A stretch of DNA of 64,000 nucleotides from Eledone cirrhosa (lineage: Eukaryota): assembly GCA_964016885.1 (NCBI GenBank), contig OZ024742.1:376216001-376280000 (forward strand). The letters are read 5' to 3'. The first letter of the stretch is position 1. Every line of letters begins with the position of its first letter. A program made the translations under genes and the position numbers. This document shows positions 46,401-61,400 of the stretch, one piece after another. Below the pieces are notes generated by a model. The model was not told the DNA's origin. It saw only the letters and a program-made list of their open reading frames with translations, and ran no database searches.

Positions 46401-49400
46401 CCCTAATTCTGTTCCTTCTCACCTTACAATAATATACCTGAAACCCCTAATTCTGTTCCTTCTCACCTTACAATAATATACCTGTAACCCCTAATTCTGT
46501 ACCTTCTTATCCTACTATAATATACCTGTAATCCCTAATTCTGTTCCTTCTTACCCTACGATAATATACCTGTAACCCCTAATTCTGTTCCTTCTTATCC
46601 TACTATAATATACCTGTAACCCCTAATTCTGTACCTTCTTATCCTACTATAATATACCTGTAACCCCTAACTCTGTACCTTCTCCCGCTACAATAATATA
46701 CCTGTAACCCTTAATTCTCTACCTTCTCCCACTACAATAATATACCTGTAACCCCTAATTCTGTTCCTTCTCACCCTACAATAATATACTTGTAACCCCT
46801 AATTCTGTTCCTTCTTACCCTACAATAATCTACCTGTAATCCCTAATTCTGTTCCTTCTTAGCCAACAATAATATACATGTAACCCCTAATTCTGTACCT
46901 TCTCACCTTACAATAATATACCTGTAACCCCTAATTCTGTTCCTTCTTACCTTACAATAATATACCTGTAACCCCTAATTCTGTTCCTTCTTACCCTACA
47001 ATAATATACCTGTAACCCCTAATTCTGTACCTGCTCACCCAACAATAATGTACCTGTAACCCCTAATTCTGTTCCTTCTCACCTTACAATAATATACCTG
47101 TAACCCCTAATTCTGTTCCCTCTCACCTTACAATAATATACCTGTAAACCCTAATTCTGTACCTGCTGACCGTACAATAATATACCTGTAACCCCTAATT
47201 CTGTTCCTTCGTACCCTACGATAATATACCTGTAACCCCTAATTCTGTAGCTTCACACCCTACAATAATATACCTGTAACCCCTAATTCTGTTCCTTCTT
47301 ACACTACAATAATATACCTGTAATCCCTAATTCTATTCCTTCTTACCCTACAATAATATACTTGTAACCCCTAATTCTGTACCCTCTTACCATACAGTAA
47401 TATACCTGTAACCCCTAATTCTGTTCCTTCTCACCTTACAATAATATACCTGTAACCCCTAATTCTGTACCTTCTTATCCTACTATAATATACCTGTAAC
47501 CCCTAACTCTGTACCTTCTCCCGCTACAATAATATACCTGTAACCCCTAATTCTATACCTTCTACCACTACAATAATATACCTGTAACCCCTAATTCTGT
47601 TCCTTCTCACCCTACAATAATATACTTGTAACCCCTAATTCTGTACCTACTTCCCCTACAATAATATACCTGTAACCCCTAATTTTGTACCTTCTCACCC
47701 TACAATAATATACCTGTAACCTCTTATTCTGTTCCTTCTTACCCTACAATAATATACCTGTAACCCCTAATTCTGTACCTTCTCAACCTACAATAATATA
47801 CCTGTAACCCTAATTCTGTACCTTCTCACCCTACAATAATATACCTGTAACCCCTAATTCTGTTCCTTCTTACCCTACAATAATATACCTGTAACCCCTA
47901 ATTCTGTTCCTTCTAACCCTACAATAATATACTTGTAACCCCTAATTCTGTACCTACTTCCCCTACAATAACATACCGGTAACCCCTAATTCTGTACCCT
48001 CTTACCCTACAATAATATAACTGTAACCCCTAATTCTGTTCCTTCTCACCTTACAATAATATAACTGTAACCCCTAATTCTTTACCTTCTCACCTTAAAA
48101 TAATATACCTGTAACCCCTAATTCTGTACCTTTTCACCCTACAATAATATACCTGTAACCCTTCATTCTGTTCCTTCTTACCCTACAATAATATACATGT
48201 AATCCCTAATTCTGTACCTTCTTATCCTACAAAAATATACCTGTAACCCCTAATTCTGTTCCTTACCCTACAATAATATACCTGTAACCCCTAATTCTGT
48301 TCCTTCTCACCTTACAGTAATACACCTGAAACCCCTAATTCTGTTCCTTCTCACCTTACAATAATATACCTGTAACCCCTAATTCTGTACCTTCTTATCC
48401 TACTATAATATACCTGTAACCCCTAACTCTGTACCTTCTCCCGCTACAATAATATACCTGTAACCCCTAATTCTGTACCTTTTCCCACTACAATAATATA
48501 CCTGTAACCCCTAATTCTGTTCCTTCTAACCCTACAATAATATATTGTAACCCCTAATTCTGTACCTACTTCCCCTACAATAACATACCTGTAACCCCTA
48601 AGTCTGTACCCTCTTACCCTACAATAATATACCTGTAACCCCTAATTCTGTACCTTCTCACCCTACAATAATATACCTGTAACCGCTAATTCTGTTCCTT
48701 CTCACCCTACAATAATATACTTGTAACCCCTAATTCTGTTCCTTCTTACCCTACAATAATATACCTGTAACCCCTAATTCTGTACCTTCTCACCTTCCAA
48801 TAATATACCTGTAACCCCTAATTCTGTTCCTTCTCACCCAACAATAATATACCTGTAACCCCTAATTCTGTTCCTTCTCACCTTACAATAATATACCTGT
48901 AACCCCTAATTCTGTACCTTCTTACCCTACAATAATATACCTGTAACCCCTAATTCTGTTCTTCCTTACCCTACAATAATATAGCTGTAACCCCTAATTC
49001 TGTACCTTTTAACCTACAATAATATACCTGTAACCCTTAATTCTGTTCCTTCTTACCCTACAATAATATACCTGTAATCCCTAATTTTGTACCTTCTTAC
49101 CCTACAAAAATATGCCTGTAACCCCTAATTCTGTTCCTTACCCTACAATAATATACCTGTAACCCCTAATTCTGTTCCTTCTCACCTTACAGTAATATAC
49201 CTGAAACCCCTAATTCTGTTCCTTCTCACCTTACAATAATATACCTGTAACCCCTAATTCTGTACCTTCTTATCCTACTATAATATACCTGTAACTCCTA
49301 ACTCTGTACCTTCTCCCGCTACAATAATATACCTGTAACCCCTAATTCTGTACCTTTTCCCACTACAATAATATACCTGTAACCCCTAATTCTGTACCTA

Positions 49401-52400
49401 CTTCCCCTACAATAACATACCTGTAACCCCTAATTCTGTACCCTCTTACCCTACAATAATATACCTGTAACCCCTAATTCTGTACCTTCTCACCCTACAA
49501 TAATATACCTGTAACGCCTAATTCTGTTCCTTCTCACCCTACAATAACATACCGGTAACCCCTAATTCTGTACCCTCTTACCCTACAATAATATACCTGT
49601 AACCCCTAATTCTGGTCCTTCTCACCATACAGTAATATACCTGTAACCCCTAATTCTGTTCCTTCTTACCCTACAATAATAAACCTGTAACCCCTAATTC
49701 TGTTCCTTCTAACCCTACAATAAAATACTTGTAACCCCTAATTCTGTACCTGCTCACCCTACAATAATATACCTGTAACCCCTAATTCTGTTCCTTCTTA
49801 CCCTACAATAATATAGCTGTAACCCCTAATTCTGTTCCTTCTTAGCCTACAATAATATACTTGTAACCCCCAAATTTGTACCTGCTCACCCTACAATAAT
49901 ATACCTGTAACCCCCAATTCTGTTCCTTCTTACCCTACAATAATATACCTGTAATCTCTAATTCTGTACCTTCTCCCGATACAATAATATACCTGTAACC
50001 CCTAATTCTGTACCTTATACCACTACAATAATATAACTGTAACCCCTAATTCTGTTCCTTCTCACCTTACAATAATATCACTGCAACCCCTAATTCTGTA
50101 CCTTCTCACCTTAAAATAATATACATGTAACCCCTAATTCTGTACCTTTTCACCCTAAAATAATATACCTGTAACCCTTCATTCTGTTCCTTCTTACCCT
50201 ACAATAATATACATGTAATCCCTAATTCTGTACCTTCTTATCCTACAAAAATATACCTGTAACCCCTAATTCTGTTACTTACCCTACAATAATATACCTG
50301 TAACCCCTAATTCTGTACCTTCTCATCCTACAATAATATACCTGTAACCGCTAATTCTGTTCCTTCTCACCCTACAATAATATACTTGTAACCCCTAATT
50401 CTGTTCGTTCTTACCCTACAATAATATACCTGTAACCCCTAATTCTGTACCTTCTCACCTTACAATAATATACCTGTAACCCCTAATTCTGTTCCTTCTC
50501 ACCCAACAATAATATACCTGTAACCCCTAATTCTGTTCCTTCTCACCTTACAATAATATACCTGTAACCCCTAAATCTGTACCTTCTTACCCTACAATAA
50601 TATACCTGTAACCCCTAATTCTGTTCTTTCTTACCCTACAATAATATAGCTGTAACCCCTAATTCTGTACCTTCTTAACCTACAATAATATACCTGTAAC
50701 CCCTAATTCTGTACCTACTTACCCTACAATAATATACCTGTAACCCCTAATTCTGTTCCTTCTTCCCCTACAATAATAAACCTGTAACCCAAATTCTGTT
50801 CCTTCTAACCCTACAATAAAATACTTGTAACCCCTAATTCTGTACCTGCTCACCCTACAATAATATACCTGTAACCCCTAATTCTGTTCCTTCTCACCCT
50901 ACAATAATATAGCTGTAACCCCTAATTCTGTTCCTTCTTAGACTACAATAATATACTTGTAACCCCTAATTCTGTACCTGCTCACCCTACAATAATATAC
51001 CTGTAAACCATAATTCTGTTACTTCTTACCCTACAATAATATACCTGTAACCCTTAATTCTGTTCCTTCTTACCCTACAATAATATACCTGTAATCCCTA
51101 ATTCTGTACCTTTTTACCCTACAAAAATATATCTGTAACCCCTAATTCTGTTCCTTACCCTACAATAATATACCTGTAACCCCTAATTCTGTACCTTCTC
51201 CCGATACAATAATATACCTGTAACCCCTAATTCTGTACCTTCTACCACTACAATAATATAACTGTAACCCCTAATTCTGTTCCTTCTCACCTTACAATAA
51301 TATAACTGTAACCCCTAATTCTGTACCTTCTCACCTTAAAATAATATACCTGTAACCCCTAATTCTGTACCTTTTCACCCTACAATAATATACCTGTAAC
51401 CCTTAATTCTGTTCCTTCTTACCCTACAATAATATACCTGTAATCCCTAATTCTGTACCTTCTTACCCTACAAAAATATGCCTGTAACCCCTAATTCTGT
51501 TCCTTACCCTACAATAATATACCTGTAACCCCTAATTCTGTTCCTTCTCACCTTACAGTAATATACCTGAAACCCCTAATTCTGTTCCTTCTCACCTTAC
51601 AATAATATACCTGTAACCCCTAATTCTGTACCTTCTTATCCTACTATAATATACCTGTAACTCCTAACTCTGTACCTTCTCCCGCTACAATAATATACCT
51701 GTAACCCCTAATTCTGTACCTTTTCCCACTACAATAATATACCTGTAACCCCTAATTCTGTTCCTTCTAACCCTACAATAATATACTTGTAACCCCTAAT
51801 TCTGTACCTACTTCCCCTACAATAACATACCTGTAACCCCTAATTCTGTACCCTCTTACCCTACAATAATATACCTGTAACCCCTAATTCTGTACCTTCT
51901 CACCCTACAATAATATACCTGTAACGCCTAATTCTGTTCCTTCTCACCCTACAATAACATACCGGTAAACCCTAATTCTGTACCCTCTTACCCTACAATA
52001 ATATACCTGTAACCCCTAATTCTGGTCCTTCTCACCATACAGTAATATACCTGTAACCCCTAATTCTGTTCCTTCTTACCCTACAAAAATAAACCTGTAA
52101 CCCCTAATTCTGTTCCTTCTAACCCTACAATAAAATACTTGTAACCCCTAATTCTGTACCTGCTCACCCTACAATAATATACCTGTAACCCCTAATTCTG
52201 TTCCTTCTTACCCTACAATAATATAGCTGTAACCCCTAATTCTGTTCCTTCTTAGCCTACAATAATATACTTGTATGCCCCAATTTTGTACCTGCTCACC
52301 CTACAATAATATACCTGTAATCTCTAATTCTGTACCTTCTCCCGATACAATAATATACCTGTAACCCCTAATTCTGTACCTTCTACCACTACAATAATAT

Positions 52401-55400
52401 AACTGTAACCCCTAATTCTGTTCCTTCTCACCTTACAATAATATCACTGCAACCCCTAATTCTGTACCTTCTCACCTTAAAATAATATACCTGTAACCCC
52501 TAATTCTGTACCTTTTCACCCTACAATAATATACCTGTAACCCTTCATCCTGTTCCTTCTTACCCTACAATAATATACATGTAATCCCTAATTCTGTACC
52601 TTCTTATCCTACAAAAATATACCTGTAACCCCTAATTCTGTTCCTTACCCTACAATAATATACCTGTAACCCCTAATTCTGTTCCTTCTCACCTTACAGT
52701 AATATACCTGAAACCCCTAATTCTGTTCCTTCTCACCTTACAATAATATACCTGTAACCCCTAATTCTGTACCTTCTTATCCTACTATAATATACCTGTA
52801 ACCCCTAACTCTGTACCTTCTCCCGCTACAATAATATACCTGTAACCCCTAATTCTGTACCTTTTCCCACTACAATAATATACCTGTAACCCCTAATTCT
52901 GTTCCTTCTAACCCTACAATAATATACTTGTAACCCCTAATTCTGTACCTACTTCCCCTACAATAACATACCTGTAACCCCTAAGTCTGTACCCTCTTAC
53001 CCTACAATAATATACCTGTAACTCCTAATTCTGTACCTTCTCACCCTACAATAATATACCTGTAACCGCTAATTCTGTTCCTTCTCACCCTACAATAATA
53101 TACTTGTAACCCCTAATTCTGTTCCTTCTTACCCTACAATAATATACCTGTAACCCCTAATTCTGTACCTTCTCACCTTACAATAATATACCTGTAACCC
53201 CTAATTCTGTTCCTTCTCACCCAACAATAATATACCTGTAACCCCTAATTCTGTTCCTTCTCACCTTCCAATAATATACCTGTAACCCCTAATTCTGTAC
53301 CTTCTTACCCTACAATAAAATACCTGTAACCCCTAATTCTGTTCTTCCTTACCCTACAATAATATAGCTGTAACCCCTAATTCTGTATCTTCTTAACCTA
53401 CAATAATATACCTGTAACCCCTAATTCTGTACCTACTTACCCTACAATAATATACCTGTAACCCCTAATTCTGTTCCTTCTTACCCTACAATAATAAACC
53501 TGTAACCCAAATTCTGTTCCTTCTAACCCTACAATAAAATACTTGTAACCCCTAATTCTGTACCTGCTCACCCTACAATAATATACCTGTAACCCCTAAT
53601 TCTGTTCCTTCTCACCCTACAATAATATAGCTGTAACCCCTAATTCTGTTCCTTCTTAGCCTACAATAATATACTTGTAACCCCTAATTCTGTACCTGCT
53701 CACCCTACAATAATATACCTGTAAACCCTAATTCTGTTCCTTCTTACCCTACAATAATATACCTGTAACCCTTAATTCTGTTCCTTCTTACCCTACAATA
53801 ATATACCTGTAATCCTTAATTCTGTACCTTTTTACACTACAAAAATATATCTGTAACCCCTAATTCTGTTCCTTACCCTACAATAATATACCTGTAACCC
53901 CTAATTCTGTTCCTTCTCACCCTACAATAATATACCTGTAACCCCTAATTCTGTACCTTCTACCACTACAATAATATAACTGTAACCCCTAATTCTGTTC
54001 CTTCTCACCTTACAATAATATAACTGTAACCCCTAATTCTGTACCTTCTCACCTTAAAATAATATACCTGTAACCCCTAATTCTGTACCTTTTCACCCTA
54101 CAATAATATACCTGTAACCCTTAATTCTGTTCCTTCTTACCCTACAATAATATACCTGTAATCCCTAATTCTGTACCTTTTTACCCTACACAAATATACC
54201 TGTAACCCCTAATTCTGTTCCTTACCCTACAATAATATACCTGTAACCCCTAATTCTGTTCCTTCTCACCTTACAGTAATATACCTGAAACCCCTAATTC
54301 TGTTCCTTCTCACCTTACAATAATATACCTGTAACCCCTAATTCTGTACCTTCTTATCCTACTATAATATACCTGTAACTCCTAACTCTGTACCTTCTCC
54401 CGCTACAATAATATACCTGTAACCCCTAATTCTGTACCTTTTCCCACTACAATAATATACCTGTAACCCCTAATTCTGTTCCTTCTAACCCTACAATAAT
54501 ATACTTGTAACCCCTAATTCTGTACCTACTTCCCCTACAATAACATACCTGTAACCCCTAATTCTGTACCCTCTTACCCAGCAATAATATACCTGTAACC
54601 CCTAATTCTGGTCCTTCTCACCATACAGTAATATACCTGTAACCCCTAATTCTGTTCCTTCTCACCTTACAATAATATACCTGAAACCCCTAATTCTGTT
54701 CCTTCTCACCTTACAATAATATACCTGTAACCCCTAATTCTGTACCTTCTTATCCTACTATAATATACCTGTAATCCCTAATTCTGTTCCTTCTTACCCA
54801 ACAATAATATACATGTAACCCCTAATTCTGTACCTTCTCACCTTACAATAATATACCTGTAACCCCTAATTCTGTTCCTTCTTACCTTACAATAATATAC
54901 CTGTAACCCCTAATTCTGTTCCTTCTTACCCTACAATAATATACCTGTAACCCCTAATTCTGTACCTGCTCACCCTACAATAATATACCTGTAACCACTA
55001 ATTCTGTTCCTTCTCACCTTACAATAATATACCTGTAACCCCTAATTCTGTTCCCTCTCACCTTACAATAATATACCTGTAAACCCTAATTCTGTACCTG
55101 CTGACCGTACAATAATATACCTGTAACCCCTAATTCTGTTCCTTCGTACCCTACGATAATATACCTGTAACCCCTAATTCTGTAGCTTCACACCCTACAA
55201 TAATATACCTGTAACCCCTAATTCTGTTCCTTCTTACACTACAATAATATACCTGTAATCCCTAATTCTATTCCTTCTTACCCTACAATAATATACTTGT
55301 AACCCCTAATTCTGTACCCTCTTACCATACAGTAATATACCTGTAACCCCTAATTCTGTTCCTTCTCACCTTACAATAATATACCTGTAACCCCTAACTC

Positions 55401-58400
55401 TGTACCTTCTCCCGCTACAATAATATACCTGTAACCTCTAATTCTATACCTTCTCCCACTACAATAATATACCTGTAACCCCTAATTCTGTTCCTTCTCA
55501 CCCTACAATAATATACTTGTAACCCCTAATTCTGTACCTACTTCCCCTACAATAATATACCTGTAACCCCTAATTTTGTACCTTCTCACCCTACAATAAT
55601 ATACCTGTAACCTCTTATTCTGTTCCTTCTTACCCTACAATAATATACCTGTAACCCCTAATTCTGTACCTTCTCAACCTACAATAATATACCTGTAACC
55701 CCTAATTCTGTACCTTCTCACCCTACAATAATATACCTGTAACCCCTAATTCTGTTCCTTCTTACCCTACAATAATATACCTGTAAACCCTAACTCTGTA
55801 CCTTCTCCCGCTACAATAATATACCTGTAACCCCTAATTCTGTACCTTCTCCCACTACAATAATATACCTGTAACCCCTAATTCTGTACCCTCTTACCCT
55901 ACAATAATATACCTGAAACCCCTAATTCTGTTCCTTCTCACCTTACAATAATATACCTGTAACCCCTAATTCTGTTCCTTCTCACCTTACAATAATATAC
56001 CTGAACCCCTAATTCTGTTCCTTCTCACCTTACAATAATATACCTGTAACCCCTAATTCTGTACCTTCTTATCCTACTATAATATACCTGTAATCCCTAA
56101 TTCTGTTCCTTCTTACCCTACGATAATATACCTGTAACCCCTAATTCTGTTCCTTCTCACCTTACAATAATATACCTGAAACCCCTAATTCTGTTCCTTC
56201 TCACCTTACAATAATATACCTGTAACCCCTAATTCTGTACCTTCTTATCCTACTATAATATACCTGTAACCCCTAATTCTGTTCCTTCTTACCCAACAAT
56301 AATATACATGTAACCCCTAATTCTGTACCTTCTCACCTTACAATAATATACCTGTAACCCCTAATTCTGTTCCTTCTTACCTTACAATAATATACCTGTA
56401 ACCCCTAATTCTGTTCCTTCTTACCCTACAATAATATACCTGTAACCCCTAATTCTGTACCTGCTCACCCTACAATAATATACCTGTAACCACTAATTCT
56501 GTTCCTTCTCACCTTACAATAATATACCTGTAACCCCTAATTCTGTTCCCTCTCACCTTACAATAATATACCTGTAAACCCTAATTCTGTACCTGCTGAC
56601 CGTACAATAATATACCTGTAACCCCTAATTCTGTTCCTTCGTACCCTACGATAATATACCTGTAACCCCTAATTCTGTAGCTTCACACCCTACAATAATA
56701 TACCTGTAACCCCTAATTCTGTTCCTTCTTACACTACAATAATATAGCTGTAATCCCTAATTCTATTCCTTCTTACCCTACAATAATATACTTGTAACCC
56801 CTAATTCTGTACCCTCTTACCATACAGTAATATACCTGTAACCCCTAATTCTGTTCCTTCTCACCTTACAATAATATACCTGTAACCCCTAATTCTGTAC
56901 CTTCTTATCCTACTATAATATACCTGTAACCCCTAACTCTGTACCTTCTCCCGCTACAATAATATACCTGTAACCTCTAATTCTATACCTTCTCCCACTA
57001 CAATAATATACCTGTAACCCCTAATTCTGTTCCTTCTCACCCTACAATAATATACTTGTAACCCCTAATTCTGTACCTACTTCCCCTACAATAATATACC
57101 TGTAACCCCTAATTTTGTACCTTCTCACCCTACAATAATATACCTGTAACCTCTTATTCTGTTCCTTCTTACCCTACAATAATATACCTGTAACCCCTAA
57201 TTCTGTACCTTCTCAACCTACAATAATATACCTGTAACCCCTAATTCTGTACCTTCTCACCCTACAATAATATACCTGTAACCCCTAACTCTGTACCTTC
57301 TACTGCTACAATAATATACCTGTAACCCCTAATTCTGTACCTTCTCCCACTACAATAATATACCTGTAACCCCTAATTCTGTACCCTCTTACCCTACAAT
57401 AATATACCTGTAACCCCTAATTCTGTTCCTTATAACCCTACAATAATATACTTGTAACCCCTAATTCTGTACCTACTTCCCCTACAATAACATACCGGTA
57501 ACCCCTAATTCTGTACCCTCTTACCCTACAATAATATACCTGTAACCCCTAATTCTGTTCCTTCTCACCTTACAGTAATATACCTGTAACCCCTAATTCT
57601 GTTCCTTCTCACCTTACAATAATATACCTAAAACCCCTAATTCTGTTCCTTCTCACCTTACAATAATATACCAGTAACCCCTAATTCTATACCTTCTCCC
57701 ACTACAATAATATACCTGTAACCCCTAATTTTGTACCTTCTCACCCTACAATAATATAACTGTAACCCCTAATTCTGTTCCTTCTTACCCTACAATAATA
57801 TACCTGTAACCCCTAAATCTGTACCTTCTCCCGCTACAATAATATACCTGTAACCCTTAATTCTGTACCTTCTCCCACTACAATAATATACCTGTAACCC
57901 CTAATGCTGTTCCTTCTCACCCTACAATAATATACTTGTAACCCCTAATTCTGTTCCTTCTTACCCTACAATAATCTACCTGTAAACCCTAATTCTGTTC
58001 CTTCTTACCCAACAATAATATACCTGTAACCCCTAATTCTGTTCGTTCTCACCTTACAATAATATACCTGTAACCCCTAATTCTGTTCCTTCTTACCCTA
58101 CAATAATATACCTGTAATCCCTAATTCTGTAGCTTCACACCCTACAATAATATACCTGTAACCCCTAATTCTGTTCCTTCTTACACTACAATAATATACC
58201 TGTAATCCCTATTTCTGTTCCTTCTTACCCTACAATAATATGCTTGTAACCCCTAATTCTGTACCCTCTTACCCTACAATAATATACCTGTAACCCCTAA
58301 TTCTGTTCCTTCCCACCTTACAGTAATATACATGAAACCCCTAATTCTGTTCCTTCTCACCTTACAATAATATACCTGTAACCCCTAATTCTGTACCTTC

Positions 58401-61400
58401 TTATCCTACTATAATATACCTGTAACCCCTAAGTCTGTACCTTCTCCCGCTACAATAATATACCTGTAACCCCTAATTCTATACCTTCTCCCACTACAAT
58501 AATATACCTGTAACCCCTAATTCTGTTCCTTCTCACCCTACAATAATATACTTGTAACCCCTAATTCTGTACCTACTTCCCCTACAATAATATACCTGTA
58601 ACCCCTAATTTTGTACCTTCTTACCCTACAATATTATACCTGTAACCCTTAATTCTGTTCCTTCTCACCTTACAATAATATACCAGTAACCCCTAATTCT
58701 ATACCTTCTCCCACTACAATAATATACCTGTAACCCCTAATTCTGTTCCTTCTCACCCTACAATAATATACTTGTAACCCCTAATTCTGTACCTACTTCC
58801 CCTACAATAATATACCTGTAACCCCTAATTTTGTACCTTCTCACCCTACAATAATATACCTGTAACCCCTAATTCTGTTCCTTCTTACCCTACAATAATA
58901 TACCTGTAACCCCTAACTCTGTACCTTCTCCTTGCTACAATAATATACCTGTAACCCTTAATTCTGTACCTTCTCCCACTACAATAATATACCTGTAATG
59001 CCTAATGCTGTTCCTTCTCACCCTACAATAATATACTTGTAACCCCTAATTCTGTTCCTTCTTACCCTACAATAATCTACCTGTAATCCCTAATTCTGTT
59101 CCTTCTTACCCAACAATAATATACCTGTAACCCCTAATTCTGTTCCTTCTCACCCTATAATAATATACCTGTAACCCCTAATTCTGATCGTTCTCACCTT
59201 ACAATAATATACCTGTAACCCCTAATTCTGTTCCTTCTTACCCTACAATAATATACCTGTAATCCCTAATTCTGTAGCTTCACACCCTACAATAATATAC
59301 CTGTAACCCCTAATTCTGTTCCTTCTTACACTACAATAATATACCTGTAATCCCTATTTCTGTTCCTTCTTACCCTACGATAATATACCTGTAACCCCTA
59401 ATTCTGTTCCTTCTCACCTTACAATAATATACCTGAAACCCCTAATTCTGTTCCTTCTCACCTTACAATAATATACCTGTAACCCTTAATTCTGTACCTT
59501 CTTATCCTACTATAATATACCTGTAACCCCTAATTCTGTACCTTCTTATCCTACTATAATATACCTGTAACCCCTAACTCTGTACCTTCTCCCGCTACAA
59601 TAATATACCTGTAACCCTTAATTCTCTACCTTCTCCCACTACAATAATATACCTGTAACCCCTAATTCTGTTCCTTCTCACCCTACAATAATATACTTGT
59701 AACCCCTAATTCTGTTCCTTCTTACCCTACAATAATCTACCTGTAATCCCTAATTCTGTTCCTTCTTACCCAACAATAATATACATGTAACCCCTAATTC
59801 TGTACCTTCTCACCTTACAATAATATACCTGTAACCCCTAATTCTGTTCCTTCTTACCTTACAATAATATACCTGTAACCCCTAATTCTGTTCCTTCTTA
59901 CCCTACAATAATATACCTGTAACTCCTAATTCTGTACCTGCTCACCCTACAATAATATACCTGTAACCCCTAATTCTGTTCCTTCTCACCTTACAATAAT
60001 ATACCTGTAACCCCTAATTCTGTTCCCTCTCACCTTACAATAATATACCTGTAAACCCTAATTCTGTACCTGCTGACCGTACAATAATATACCTGTAACC
60101 CCTAATTCTGTTCCTTCGTACCCTACGATAATATACCTGTAACCCCTAATTCTGTAGCTTCACACCCTACAATAATATACCTGTAACCCCTAATTCTGTT
60201 CCTTCTTACACTACAATAATATACCTGTAACCCCTAATTCTGTTCCTTCTCACCTTACAATAATATACCTGTAACCCCTAATTCTGTACCTTCTTATCCT
60301 ACTATAATATACCTGTAACCCCTAACTCTGTACCTTCTCCCGCTACAATAATATACCCGTAACCCCTAATTCTATACCTTCTCCCACTACAATAATATAC
60401 CTGTAACCCCTAATTCTGTTCCTTCTCACCCTACAATAATATACTTGTAACCCCTAATTCTGTACCTACTTCCCCTACAATAATATACCTGTAACCCCTA
60501 ATTTTGTACCTTCTCACCCTACAATAATATACCTGTAACCTCTTATTCTGTTCCTTCTTACCCTACAATAATATACCTGTAACCCCTAATTCTGTACCTT
60601 CTCAACCTACAATAATATACCTGTAACCCCTAATTCTGTACCTTCTCACCCTACAATAATATACCTGTAACCCCTAATTCTGTTCCTTCTTACCCTACAA
60701 TAATATACCTGTAACCCCTAACTCTGTACCTTCTCCCGCTACAATAATATACCTGTAACCCCTAATTCTGTACCTTCTCCCACTACAATAATATACCTGT
60801 AACCCCTAATTCTGTACCCTCTTACCCTACAATAATATACCTGTAACCCCTAATTCTGTTCCTTCTCACCTTACAGTAATATACCTGTAACCCCTAATTC
60901 TGTTCCTTCTCACCTTACAATAATATACCTAAAACCCCTAATTCTGTTCCTTCTCACCTTACAATAATATACCAGTAACCCCTAATTCTATACCTTCTCC
61001 CACTACAATAATATACCTGTAACCCCTAATTTTGTACCTTCTCACCCTACAATAATATACTTGTAACCCCTAATTCTGTTCCTTCTTACCCTACAATAAT
61101 ATACCTGTAACCCTTAATTCTGTACCTTCTCCCACTACAATAATATATCTGTAACCCCTAATGCTGTTCCTTCTCACCCTACAATGATATACTTGTAACC
61201 CCTAATTCTGTTCCTTCTTACCCTACAATAATCTACCTGTAAACCCTAATTCTGTTCCTTCTTACACTACAATAATATACCTGTAACCCCTAATTCTGTA
61301 CCTTCTCACCCTACAATAATATACCTGTAACCCCTAATTCTGTTCCTTCTCACCCTACAATAATATACCTGTAACCCCTAATTCTGTACCTTCTCACCCT